From: the human T2T-CHM13v2.0 reference genome, Homo sapiens
DNA: 64,000 bases
NCBI RefSeq assembly: GCF_009914755.1
Contig: NC_060930.1
Direction: 5' to 3' (one strand)
This document shows positions 23,071 to 42,838 of the stretch, in pieces. The notes below the pieces were generated by a model. That model ran no database searches. It had not been told where the DNA came from and saw nothing but the letters and a program-made list of their open reading frames with translations. A program made the translations under genes and the position numbers. Position 1 is the stretch's first letter. The number at the start of each line of letters is the position of its first letter.

Positions 23071-23818
23071 ATATAACAAATTAAACTTAGCTACAAATAG
23101 TTTCGAAACTGCTCTCTGGGAAACAGTTCTCCACCTTTGACATTTAATTTTATAATAAAAAAACATTTCCATCACCCCTCAAAATTCCCTGTGCCTCTTT
23201 GTAGTCAGTTTCAACAGATGGTCTCTGTTCAAAGTCATCTCTGCTGCTTATTGATTTTGTGCTGTGGACAAATGACTTGGCTTCCCTGTGCCTCCGTTTC
23301 TATATTTTTTAAGTGGGGATAATGATACAAACTAGTTCATGGGGCTGTTGTGAGGAGTAAACACTCAAAAATGACTTGTCATCATCATTATTGTGTGCAT
23401 AGTTGGTGCTCTATAAACAACAGTTTGTCATGTGGGCAGGCACATGCTGAAACATTGGTCTGTTGCATACTTGCTTCATGTTCAAGAGTCTGGCACCAGC
23501 ATACAGTTGGTTTTCTCTAATTCATAGGATTTTATGATCCCAGAACTGATGGGTACAAGAAATTAACTAGTCCAGTCCCCTGCCTTCCATGACAGGATAA
23601 AATATTGTTGTTCTCATCTTAAAGAGTAGCTCACTGGGCCGTCAAAGGCAAATCTGTTCACCTAAGGGGTAGAAAATGGAAGATTTAATGGAAAATGAGA
23701 AAGATCAGGCAAGGGATACATTGCTCAAGGTAATCATAACAGCTAAGAAATGCTAAAGGAGGAACAGATTTCAGATTTCCTGCTTCCAAATCTAGAGCTC
23801 TTTTGACTACATTGTAGC

Positions 23819-24201
23819 ATTAATAGATGTATCCTTTCTAGATCTTTGGTTGTAGTTAGTGACAGTAACTGTAACATTGAGCAAAGACTAACATTAATAG
23901 ATGTATCTTCTCTAGATCTTTGGTTGTAGTTAGGGACAGGAACTGTAGCATTGAGCAAAGACTAAATTAACATTAATAGATGTATCTTCTCTAGATCTTT
24001 GGTTGTAGTTAGTGACAGTAACTGTAACATTGAGCAAAGACTAATATTAATAGATGTATCTTCTCTAGATCTTTGGTTGTAGTTAGTGACAGTAACTGTA
24101 GCATGGAGCAAAGACTAAATTAACATTAATAGATGTATCTTCTATAGATCTTTGGTTATAGTTAGTGACAGTAACTGTAGCAAGGAACAAAGACTAAATT
24201 A
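23819..24201. repeat. Minisatellite, 5 copies of a 74/79-bp unit
   Basis: Units start attaatagatgtatc at 23819, 23893, 23972, 24046 and 24125. Confidence 0.97.
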
Positions 24202-24329
24202 GAAGGGGAAAACTTGCAAGGCCAGTTTGGACAGTTCACTTCTGCAGCAGTTCATTTGCTGTCAGTTTTGTTGTAGTCTTTTTTCCTGCCTTTCCCTAGT
24301 AAATATTTCCAGTAGAAAGAGAGAAAATA

Positions 24330-24870
24330 CAGCTTGAGCAACATGGCAAACCCTGTCTCTACTAAATATATAAGAAATTAGCTAGGCACAGTGGCGCACG
24401 CCTGTAGTCCCAGCTACTTGGGATACAGAGGTGGGAGAATCACTGAGCCCAGGAGGTCAAGGCTGAAGTGAGCCGAGATCATGCTATGGCACTCCAGTCT
24501 GGGAAACAGATGTGAGATCCAGAAAGAAAAGAAAGAAAGGAAAAAAAAAAGAAAGAAAAGAAGGAGGAAGCAAGGAAGGAATATAAGAAAGAAAGGAAAA
24601 TAAAAGAAAAGAAAGAAGAGAAAAGGAAAACAAATGCAGGAGGTAGGAAGGAAAGGAGAGGAGCGGAGAGGACAGGAGGGGAGGGGAGGGGAGAGGAGGG
24701 GAGGGGAGGGGAGGGGAGGGGAGGGGAGAGGTGGCCAGTCGTGGTAGCTCACGCCTGTAATCCTATCACTTTGGAAGGCTGAAGCAGGAGGATCCCCGAG
24801 TCCAGGAGTTCAAGACCAGCCTGGGCAACATAGGGAGACCCTGTCTCTATTAAGAAAAAAAGAAAGAGAA
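24330..24870 (+). mobile_element. AluJ fragment, polypurine/(GGGGA)n tract (24520-24730), then an Alu left monomer
   Basis: Alu motifs flanking a purine-rich tract. Confidence 0.88.
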
Positions 24871-25429
24871 AGCATACTTTTTCCTGCTTGAATATCTGTA
24901 TGAGTAGCTATGGGGCTGTGTTCAGGCCTGGGAATGAGTAGTCTGTCACCCACATACCTGAATCTCTACCTGTGGGGCCAGACACTTTAGGATACCGTAG
25001 GATGTATTATCTTCAGGAAAACACCACCTGATCACCCAGACCTAACCCTAAGGCATGCGCGCCTTACCTTTCCTGCCCCCACCAGCCCTAGCACCTGAAA
25101 AACAACTTTGAGAGAGTTTTTTCTCTTCAGCCAAGCACCCAATTGCTTCATTAAAGTGCAAACAGACCCTAAAAGAGGTATGACAATAATTGTACTAAGT
25201 AACAATGACTCAGTGTTCCTCCAGTCATTCTGATTAAATTTAGGAGAAGATCCCTAACACTTGTTAATTATCCTTTTAACAAAAGATCCCACCCTTCAGC
25301 AGGCAAAGGTATTAAACTAGATTTAAGAATACTGTTTTATTTCTGTGGTATTTATTTTAAAGTTACTTTCTATTTGTGGCAAATACTTTTCATTTTACGA
25401 TGTCATATAAATTTTCCTTTTTTTCTTAA

Positions 25430-25716
<287 letters not shown>

Positions 25717-25718
25717 TG

Positions 25719-26700
<982 letters not shown>

Positions 26701-26719
26701 GAATTTTGGCTTAACTTAA

Positions 26720-27037
<318 letters not shown>

Positions 27038-27088
27038 TAAAAATCAACTTTAAATTATAAAATAATGTAAGCAATTTACAGAAAGTTT

Positions 27089-27424
27089 GGGAAAGAGAGA
27101 AAGAGAAGGAAGGAAGGAAGGAAGGAAAAGAAGGGAAGGAGGGAAGGAATGAGGGAGGGAGAGAGAGAGCGAGGGAAGGATGGAAGAAAGGAAGGGAGGA
27201 AGGTTTGTTACATGGGTATATCACGTGATGCTGAAGTCTGGGATACTAAAGGAAGGAAGGAGGGAGGGAAGGAAGGAAGGGAAGGAAGGAAGAAAGGAAG
27301 GAAGGAAAGAAAGAAGGAGGGAAAGAAGCAGAGATGGAGGGAAGGAAGAAAGGAGGGAAGGAAGAAAGGAGGGAAGGAAGGAAGGAAGGAAGGAAGGAAG
27401 GAAGGCAGGCAGGAAGGAAGGAAG
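27089..27424 (+). repeat. (GGAA)n-rich polypurine microsatellite, interrupted at 27201-27246
   Basis: Includes 8 consecutive GGAA units at 27372-27403. Confidence 0.95.
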
Positions 27425-28132
27425 CCATACACCTTCCATACATTCATATCATCTATGATCCTATTCACATTCGAGGAGAGTTCACTGGGAAGGGTCTTTA
27501 AAAGTAAGGCCCCTGGGATATAAGAGGCATGGCAGGTATATCTTATAGGGTAAGAGGGAATAAAACTAGGAGAGAGACATCCTGGAACAGGTCTGCATTG
27601 GAAGACGGGAGGAGGAGAGAGAAGTGTAGGAAGGTTGTGATAAGAGGAAAAGAGAGACTGGGGAGGCAGATGAGAGATTGTTAAGGGCACCATTCCCTAA
27701 ATTAGCCAAACACAGTCATGTCTGGGTGATCCTGGAAGGAATTATTTGAAGAAACATCTGTCATCTAAGTGCCTAATGGCCAGATATGATCTTTCATTTT
27801 CAAGGACCAGGGACACTTTCTGGGGAAGATGAGGACTAACCACAATTCATAAGTGGGCAACAGAAATGCTGATTTATGAACTTCCAGTGGAAAACGTAAC
27901 TCTCAGGTTAAGGCATCATTAGATATCATGCTGCGGTCAATGCCTTCGAAGTCACATCTTAAGCAGAATAATTATTTGTTGGCCTCCTGCAAGAATCCAC
28001 CCTATACAGGGACCAAAAGTTTTCATAAGTTGCAAATCTCTCCCAATAGATGAAATTAAAATAGAGTTTGAAAGCTCCTCAGTAAATGTAGTATCAGAAC
28101 ACAGAGTTAGAATGTATTGAACATCTATGATG

Positions 28133-28480
<348 letters not shown>

Positions 28481-29292
28481 TCAGGCATTGTAGAAACTAA
28501 TTATAATGTGGTAAAAGATGGACAAAGTCAAGTACTTGCAATCTAACCGAAGACAATAAAATAGATGAATAAATAAGACTATTTCAAATTTTCAAATAGA
28601 CATGACTTCTATAAAAACAGAATGTTGAATAGGACGAGGAGAGAGTCAGAGAAATTGTGTGTATGCTTGTGTGTGTTTTGCGCGCACCTGTGTTATTTCT
28701 TTCAATTGGGTGATCAATGAAGGCTTCTTTAAGGAGGTGAAATTTGAGTTAAGACCTGAAGAATCAAAAAGATCCAGAAAAAGGTCTGATGGGTGTGGCA
28801 GGAAGCATTCAAAGTACTGGGCAGTGCGGAAGCAGAGGCAGATGGAAGTGAGAGTTTGAGAGGAACTGAGAGAAGGCCTGTGGGTTGGAGGGTAAGAATG
28901 CAGGGGAGAGGGAGACTACAGTTAAATGTTTAACGGAAGGCATTCAGCACGACATTAGACTCTTTCAGTTCAAATCCCCACCCAACCACAAACTAGTTGT
29001 GTGACCTTGGACAAGCTAGTTAACTTCTTTATGGATCGATTGCTTCATCTGTAAAGGGGTGAAATCAGAGGTAACTACTTCATGGAGCTCCTCTGAAGAT
29101 GACGTGAGATAGTCTAAGTTAAAGTGCGGAGCTTAGGCATATGGTTGGTCCTGAATAAGCATTAGATGTTGGCATTAATGTGTCCATCTCCACAACAGAC
29201 TCTTGTCCACTGAGTAGGATTCCCTCCCCGCAGAAACGTACTTGGATGGGTGCTGCCAGTTTAGCGTCTTCGACTACTTAGTCAAACTTGAG

Positions 29293-29990
29293 ACGTGTCA
29301 GAGGTCTGCAAACTATAGCTCCCTGGGCAATTCTGTAAACCTTCAAGTTAAGAAAAATGATTACATATGTAAAGGGTTGGAAAAAATCAAAATAAGAATA
29401 CATGTATTTTCTGCTTTTATTTAAGGTGCAGGGTGTACATGTGCAGGTTTGTTATGTGGGTATATCACGTGATGCTGAAGTTTGGGATACAAATGGTCCC
29501 ATCACCCAGGTAGTGAGCATAGCACCCAATAGGTAGTTATTCACCCCATGCCCCCCTCCCTCCCCCTTTCTTCTAATAGTCCCCATTGTCTATTGTTCCC
29601 ATCTTTGAATATGTGTACCTATAAGTGAGAACATGTGGTATTTGGTTTTCTGTTCCTGCATTAATTTGCTTAGGATAATGGTCTCCAGCTACATTCACGT
29701 TGCTGCAAAGGACACAGTTTCATTCTTTTTATGGCTGTGTAATATTCCGTGGTGTATATGTATCACACAAAATCAGAATATTTTGTGTGTGTGACACAAG
29801 AAAAATTTATGGAACTCAAACTTCAGTGTCTATAAAGTTTTATCAGAACACAGCCACAGCCTTCACTTATGTCTGTGTATGGCTTCTTTCTTGCTCCAAC
29901 AGCAGAGGTGGGAAGTTTCAGCAAAGATCTCATGACCGACAAAACCTAACGTATTTACCATCCGACGCTTTACAGAGAAAGTTTGCCATC
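29293..29990. mobile_element. MER58B-like DNA transposon interrupted by an L1PA 3' fragment
   Basis: cagaggtctgcaaacta ... ataaagttttatcagaacacagccac ... tttacagagaaagtttgcc. Confidence 0.7.
29407..29768 (-). mobile_element. L1PA (older) 3' end
   Basis: gtacatgtgcaggtttgtt...ataagtgagaacatgtggtatttggttttctgttcc. Confidence 0.88.
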
Positions 29991-30114
29991 GTAGTTAGGA
30001 GGACAGGTTTTTGGAGACAATGGAGTTACCTGGAGCCTGAATTTTCTTCTAAGAAAATGAGTGTAATAACAACGCCCTCAACAGGTTGCTATGCGAATTA
30101 AGAACATTTGTCCC

Positions 30115-30784
<670 letters not shown>

Positions 30785-30903
30785 GTAGTACCTGTTGTTT
30801 TGAAAATGAAGAAGACAGTGATGATGATAATCCTATTTCCCTACCTGACAGTCCACTGTCTGGTTGATAGCTTTCATTTTTATGTAGATTTTTCCTATGG
30901 AAA

Positions 30904-31734
30904 TGTTGAGGCTTAGAAAGTGATACCTCAAAATAAGACCTCAAAAGCAGCCTGAAGCAAAAGTTTCTCTCTGACCTTCTCCTGCCCTGCTGTCTCTGGC
31001 CCTTCATTCTCCCCTGAGGCCAGCCATAGAAACTAGAATCCCTCTTCCCCAAGGCCATAGAAACCAGAACTTCTTTTCCCCCAAACCAGCCACAAAACCT
31101 AAAAATACTACTCTAACTTTCCTCCTGCCCCTTCTGTATAAGAACTGACTATAAAGAAATTATCTGACCCACCTTACATGTTTGTAGGTCATAAGACCCC
31201 CATTCCAGAGAGGGTCCTGCCCCACACCCAGAAGGAAGGAATGCTGCTCAGAGAGGCCAAGAGGAATCTAAACAGAAGGGCTTTGCTGGGTTTCCCCGCT
31301 CAGCCTGTTAGCTTTAGAGCACGCCCTTTTTCTCCAGTTATATTTCCACAAGGCTGTTGATACTTTGTTGAACCTAACCATAAGAATGAACAGTTTCCCT
31401 TGTATCTTTGTGCCTTCATTCTGAAGGGTCTTGTGTCATATAAAAGTATGAAAAAGTAAATTTGTATGCCTTCTCGCCTATTAATCTGCCTTTAAAAAAA
31501 CAGAGATGGGGGTCTCCCTATGTCGCCCCGGTTGGAGTGTGCTGGCTATTCACAGGCATGATCACAGTGCATTACAGCCTCATACTCCTGGCCCCAAGGG
31601 ATCCTCCCTCCTCAACCTCCTGAGTAGTTGGGACTACAGGTGCATACCACTGTACCTGGCTGTAATCTGCCTTTTGCCAGTTGATTTTCAGTGAACCTTC
31701 AGAGGGTGAAGGGGGAGCTTTCCCTTGCCCTACG
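30904..31734 (+). mobile_element. ERV1 solo LTR (MER39-like) with a FAM monomer at about 31494-31660
   Basis: tgttgaggcttagaaa..gatacc.caaaat start; ttttcagtgaaccttcagagg..cccttgccctac end. Confidence 0.75.
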
Positions 31735-31997
31735 GGAACATAATCTTTCCAATCTGGAAGCCAGTCTTTTTTTTCAGCTCACTTTGCATATATGTATGCA
31801 TACTACTAGCTTAACTCCACAAGGGCAATATTTTCCCTTCACTTATAAGTTCCTTTTTTCATTGTATTCATTTTTCAAGAGTCACTGCCACCCAAGAAGA
31901 ATCCTCCTGGTGCTAAAAAACCTTTCCAGTTCCATTGTTCATTGTAAATTTCTACAAGGATGGACATATTCTATATTTGCATGTTCTATATATTTCA

Positions 31998-32614
<617 letters not shown>

Positions 32615-32634
32615 TTGTTCTATATATTTCTATA

Positions 32635-32795
32635 TTTGCACGGTCCAATACCATGGGCCCTGGTCATATGTGACCACTGAGTACTTGAAATGTGGCTCGT
32701 TCAACCAAGGAAGTTTAATTATTAAATAAGTTTGGTTAATTTAAATGTAAATAGCCATGTGCAGCTAGTGACCACTATATTGGACAGGTCAGTCC
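32635..32795. mobile_element. MER3-like hAT element
   Basis: gagtacttgaaatgtggct ... aaatagccatgtgcagctagtgaccactatattggaca. Confidence 0.7.
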
Positions 32796-33380
32796 TATAT
32801 GATTAGGTTACTTGAGTGCTTATGAAAATTAATATACATAATATACATTAATATACACTAATATACATAAGCTGTCTTCAGAGTTATTGTGCAATTAATC
32901 ATGTTTATACAAGGATGACAGCTGTTGAAAAGGCAGCTCAGTAAGCCTTTCTAGAGATGTGCTACTTAAAAATCTTGTTTTGGGATTAAGATAGTAAAAG
33001 ATCCATTTCATTTCTCTTCAATGATGCAACATCATTTTATTTTAAATCCAATGATTCCTGAAACATAAATACCCAAACATAACTCAATCAACTCTTCTCT
33101 CCTTCTTGGATTTGTACAGATTTGAAGAGCCCTTTGAACTAGCCACACAGGCACTTTGGGCCTTGACATCACTTACATCATCACCGGACTCCAGGTTCTC
33201 AGGCATGGCTTTACTCTGCCCTTCCCCACAGTGCCTGGCAGACAGCAGGTGTTCCCTTAAGAAAGCAGGAAGTGTGAAGAAAACAAACGGCTTGTTTTAC
33301 AGAGCTCTGAATTTATTCAAAGTATTAAAAGATTTTGCTCTACCCTCCAAAATATTTTACAATTAATAATAATCAAAACT

Positions 33381-33747
<367 letters not shown>

Positions 33748-34051
33748 TCACTCAGCACCAGCCCCTGCCTCTCCAACTCTTTCCCCCGTCTCTCTGCTCT
33801 CAGTATTGCTATAAGATTGTTTATAAAACCCTCCTCTTCTCTCTCCGCAAGCCCTGCCCAGAGTGGCTTCTCCTCTAGTTCTAGGCCCAGGGCTGCAGGT
33901 GAGGCTGACTGGTGAGATGGATGCCTGAGGGGCAGAGAATGCTTTGACTTCTGGGGGATCGGCTCACTAGCTTTTTTATTGGTTGAGTGGAGAATTATTG
34001 TCCTTTTTGTCCTATGGACACCTGCCCAGAGTCAAATATTTGGTTTGGGGT

Positions 34052-35434
34052 TTTTGGTACTCAGAAAATGATACCCCAAAATATGGAACTAAAGAGGAAG
34101 CCTCAGGCTGGGCTTCGTGTCTCCTGCATGTAATCCCAGCACTTTGGGAGGCTGAAACAGGAGGATCACTTTAGGCCAGGAGTTAGAGACCAGCCTGGGC
34201 AACATAGTGAGACCCTATATCTACTATTAAAAGAATAAAAAGGCCGGGCGTGGTGGCTCCACGCCTGTGATCCCAGCACTTTGGGAGGCCGAGGCGGGTG
34301 GATCACGAGGTCAGGAGACCGAGACCATCCTGGCTAACACGGTGAAACCCGGTCTCTACTAAAAATACAAAAAATTAGCTGGGCGCAGTGGCGGGCGCCT
34401 GTAGTCCTAGTTACTCGGGAGGCTGAGGCAGAAGAATGGCGTGAGCACGGGAGGCGGAGCTTGCAGTGAGCCGAGATCGCACCACTGCAACCCGGCCTGG
34501 GTGGAAGAGCGAGACTCCGTCTCAAAAAAAAAAAAAGAATAAAAAAAGAAGCAGCCTCAACGTCTCTCTGACCTGCCCCCTTCCTATCTCTCTGATCTTC
34601 TGTCTCTCCTCCTAAAGTGCAGGATGAGACCATTCTCTGAAGTTCCCTTATCGTAGAAATTGGGCCCCTGAAGAGGAACATAATTATCTTCAATCCCTTC
34701 CCTGAAATTTCTTTTTCCTTTGTTCTTTTTGTTCTTTTTTTTTTTTTTTTTTTTTTTTCGAGACAGGGTCTTTCTCTGACACCCAGGCTAGAGTGCAGTG
34801 CTGTGATCACTGCCCACTGCAGCCCCAGCCTCCCAGGCTCAAGTAATCCTCTCACCTTAGCCTCCTGAGTAGCTGGTACTATGGGCACATGCCACCACAT
34901 CTGGCTAATTTTTAAATTTTTTGTAGAGGCAGGGTTTCACCATGTTCCCCAGGCTGGTCTCAAACTCCTGAGCTCAAGCGATCTGCCCACCTCAGCCTCC
35001 CAAAGTGCTGGGATTTCAGGTTTGAGCCACTGTACCCGGTTTGAAATTTCATTAATCAGAGAAGATTAAAACTCATATCACAGAGGAAGAGACTGTGCCA
35101 AACCTAGAGCCCAGAAAAATTGTCCTAAACCATTGTTTGTTCTCCAGTCCTGTTCAATCCCCAAAGAAAACTATTTACTCACCATTCTCGGAGCACTGGG
35201 TCCATTCTTTCCCCCTGAAAATCATTTTCTCCTGCACCTCCCATCTCCCCTTCCCCTATGAAGAAGGGCCTATAAGCACCTGCACCCTGTTGGGTCACTG
35301 GGCAATCATTCTCTTGTGATTCCCCCATGCTATGCATGCTAAAATAAATTTTGCATGCATTTTTCTCTTACTAATCTGCCTTTTCAGCAAACCTTCAGAG
35401 GATGAAGTAGGGGCTTTTTCTCTTTTTCACTACA
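34052..35434 (+). mobile_element. ERV1 solo LTR (MER39B-like) in the RCC1 pseudogene, containing Alus (34105-34548 +, 34712-35040 -)
   Basis: ctcagaaaatgataccccaaaatatgg start; ends cactaca; 4-bp TSD gggt. Confidence 0.8.
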
Positions 35435-35617
35435 GGGTTGCTCTGCCTCTTCTCTGGTTTCCCTAGGCATGGGTTCATGACAGCTGAGTCTGATGACTGT
35501 ACCAAGTATCTGCTTGTGGATGTTAGGGACAGCACAAATGGCACATGACTAGAGTGCAGCTTGATCGAGCCCCAGCTCCTCAGAGCATGGACAACAAACC
35601 CCCAGGGGTGAAGTAAA

Positions 35618-35774
35618 CTTTTTTTTTTGAGTTGGAGTTGACTCACTCTGCTGCCCAGGCTGGAGTGCAGTGGAGTTATCTTGGCTCTGGTCTCGAACTA
35701 CTGACCTCAAGTGATCTGCTCGCCTCGATCTCCCAATGTGCTGGGATTACAGGCGTGAGACACTGTGCCCAGCC
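35618..35774 (-). mobile_element. Internally deleted Alu
   Basis: cttggct joined directly to ctggtctcgaac. Confidence 0.85.
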
Positions 35775-36474
35775 ATATTTTGATTTTTTGATAGGCAAAG
35801 CCAGAATCAGTCAGGGCCATGAAAGACAGGGACATGGGAGGAAAGGTCTAACCACTTAGCTCTGGGGTGAGCAATGCCCCTTCTGACATCCCCTCTTTCA
35901 TCCCCTACTTCATCCTACAGGTCCCAGGATGATTCCAGAAAGGAGGAAGACAAAGAAGAAAAGGATTCTGTCATGCTGATGGGAAAAAGACAAATGGCAG
36001 AGTGCTCAGGGCTAGGAGAGGCCTGCTAGAATTTGTAGCTGTCACTGCTTCCCTGTTCTGTGTGGAAGGGTCCTGGGGCCATGAACCGGTCGCTCAGAGG
36101 CTTCATCAGCTCCACTCCTTGCCCTTGACTAATAGAGGACCACATGGTTCTCCAGCTCTTTGCCTGTCATCTCCACCAAGCTCCAGGCATCCTCATCCCG
36201 CTCTAAGCCCGGCTGGTAGTTGCTGTCCATGTCCCAGGCAAAAACACGTCCATCACTGATCACAGTTTACCCTACAGAGGCCCAAAGCCACTGAGGAGAC
36301 TGAGAAGATGGCACCAGCCTGGAGATGAGGGTGGGCATGTTCTTCTCCTTAGCACCCATGAAGGCCCACCGTCTATATTCAGCCTGGCCCAGGCTGCATG
36401 CTTTTCCTTCTGAATCCCCGAAGACTGTATGGTGCTGGCCACCAGAGAAGCCTACCTGGACTTGGTAGAGTTCT

Positions 36475-36782
<308 letters not shown>

Positions 36783-37490
36783 TGGACTTGGTAGAGTTCT
36801 TGAAGGATCCCAGGTTCTGGGGTATGAAGCAAGATTCTGTGCCTGGGGTTCCAAGCTGATGGTTGTTGAAGAGGCCAAAGCCATATTCTGTGTATGTGCC
36901 CTTTATAGGGGATGGAATGGTGAGGCAGGTGCTACAGAAGGGCATCAGGTCCCAGCTTCCCCTGAATTTCAGCATCATATCTGGGGGACCAGGAATCATG
37001 CCCTGTCGGCCATCACGGTTGGCACATAATTCAAGCACAAGGCCCAGATGGCCTTGCTCCCACAGCACAAGGTATCTAGGTCACTGTCAGCTGTCAGCAT
37101 CACCAAGTGGCCATTTCCTGAGGCCAACTTCACCGTGGGCATGTCCAGCTGCACTTGCACAATCATCATGCTCTTCTTCATGGGATCTAACAGCCTGATC
37201 ACACTGTAATTGTTCTGGAAGCAGCCTCAGAGGAAGACATGGCCATCTTCTGTGAGGACCACTATATGACTGTCTCCTGCTGACACCTGTATCAACTTCT
37301 CTTGCAGTTCCACTTTTCCGGGGACCATCTCTGAGACCTCCACTGATGCGTCCCTTCCCACGGCACCCTCCTCATTGCAGCCGAAGCACTAGACCTGGCC
37401 ATTTTGCTTAGACATAATATGGTGTGCCTGTCCCCAGCCTCAGCCTACACAGCATCCTCTTGAACCAGCACCAGCGCTGGCTACTTTTTC

Positions 37491-37950
37491 TTTTGAATGT
37501 TTATTATGCAAATTGGGTCATTCTTGTGATACCCAACTAAATCAAAGTAGAAAGGACAGGTTGGAAAAGCATCAGGGCACATAGCACTGATCCAATAACT
37601 GAATTCTCCACAAGCCCAGCTGCTGCAATGGCCTGCTATAGGTAAGATCAGTTTTACCCAGTAGCTGCTGAAATGCCCTGCTGTGACTCTACGACTAGCT
37701 TTACCGACTACTGTCACTCACCAATCGGAGCTTGCCAGCTCCCAAAATCTTCTCCAGTGCCAACGAGCTTTCTTTCAAAACCATATGTAATATTTCCCTT
37801 TCTAATAAAACTCCTAACCTTCTCTTTGTCCTTCGGACACACTGAAGACCACCCCATCTGTGTGTGTGCACCAAATTGCAATTCTGTGATTCCTAAGGAG
37901 AAATATTACATTTAGAGATTTGTCTTTATATTTTTATTTTGACTTTGACG
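37491..37950 (+). mobile_element. Solo LTR (LTR47/MER72-like) inside the RCC1 pseudogene CDS
   Basis: aattgggtcattcttgt.atacccaactaaa start; AATAAA near 37804; RCC1 sequence resumes on both sides. Confidence 0.7.
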
Positions 37951-38374
37951 CTCCCTGTCACACTCTCACCCAGCTCCAGTGAGCCTACATTGCCCTGGCC
38001 CACTGTCAGCACCAAGCCTGGTTCAGTTTTATGGGACCTCTGTGAGACTGAGGGATGAAGAAGGTGGCCCCGTCAGGTTTTCTGGTCAGGAGGGCTCAGC
38101 TGTGGGGGGAGCTAAAAGCATGGCAAGGAGGCAGTGGATCTCACTGTCTGGGTACAAGTGTCCTTCACCTTCTTGCTTTTGGGGATGAAATCTTCTGGGA
38201 GTGATCTTCTCTTAGTTATGTACTTGGGTGAAATATTCCTGTCCTCAGCACAGGTTGACCTCAAGGAACACCAGTGCTCACCAGCAGGGCCACCAAATAC
38301 CCAGAACACATCCTCTGCAGGCCTCGTCCCAACGCTGGATGAGATGAGAAAGGGCATTTATAAGTTCTTAAATG

Positions 38375-39338
<964 letters not shown>

Positions 39339-40069
39339 TAAGCTTTCCAAGTCTTAAAAATGCCTGTGACTACTGAGTACTCTCCCTCTCCTATCCATGC
39401 CCAGCTTGGCAAAAGTTAGTTCTACTTAAATAAACACATTTACACTGTTACAGTTTCTTTTTATTTGCTTTTTGAACAAGTTTGGATTGTTGTATGCTAT
39501 CTGGAGACAACCTGGCAATATATATCATCAGGGGTCAAATGTTCTCCTAAATTCACTGCCTTCTTTTTCCTTTTATTCTTTTCTTAAAGTTAAATTTCTT
39601 TTTATTTTTTAAAATTAATTTTTCTAGAGACAGGGTCTCACTGTGTTGCCCTCTTCCCTGACAAGAGGTATCAATAAACAAAGTAGATACAAATCCCTGT
39701 CCTCAAGGAGCTTACATTCTAATGCCTCTAAGGGTAACATATATAAGGTCAAGCCTCTCATATGACACCTCATGCTAGTAAGGTTTTGAATTTATAAACG
39801 TTTGACTGCAGAATGCACTGAAACGTAGGGAGAGCTTGAAAGCTTCTTAGGGGTGTTTAGTGCAAACTAGATACCAATGTGAACCACAAGAAACATTGAA
39901 GTGGAAGCTGTTACTTTGTGTATAACACGCTATTTTCACCATAAGTGTTTTCTAGAGTTTAAGTTTTTGTTTTTTTTTAAAGCATCTTTACGATGATATT
40001 ATAGGAAGTATATGAGAACAATAGGAATGGCCACCTCTATCCACTGCCCACACACCTCAATCCAATGTG

Positions 40070-40374
<305 letters not shown>

Positions 40375-40759
40375 TCAATCCAATTTGGAATCAGGGAAAT
40401 AGGACTTACTGCCCTGAAGAGTCAAACTCTGTACTGAATAAGGGAGATATGAAAAGTCAGTAGATGCTGCTAAGTAGGCTTTTTAATTGCATGGACACAA
40501 CTAAAGAATGAATGTGTGAATCAGAAGGAAAGGGACTTTGATCAGCAATGGCAGTGAGGGAAAGAAAAGTGAAAGAAGTAAATGTTTGCTGTTCAGTGGA
40601 AGGAGAGGTGCCAGGCACAGTTTCAATCCTCAAGGCAGGTGTTGCCAAGGAAGTTTTAGAACATCCTTTGTGGATTGGCTTTTGGAAATGGTTCAGTACC
40701 GAAAAATATTTGCTGCTATTGAAAGATAAACTTAGGTACATTAAAATTTTAGAGAGTTT

Positions 40760-42838
<2,079 letters not shown>

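Noticed and set aside
23819-24201. CRISPR-like regularly spaced repeats (also 60125-60240)
   Set aside because: Head-to-tail units with no unique spacers, no cas genes, and a primate context.
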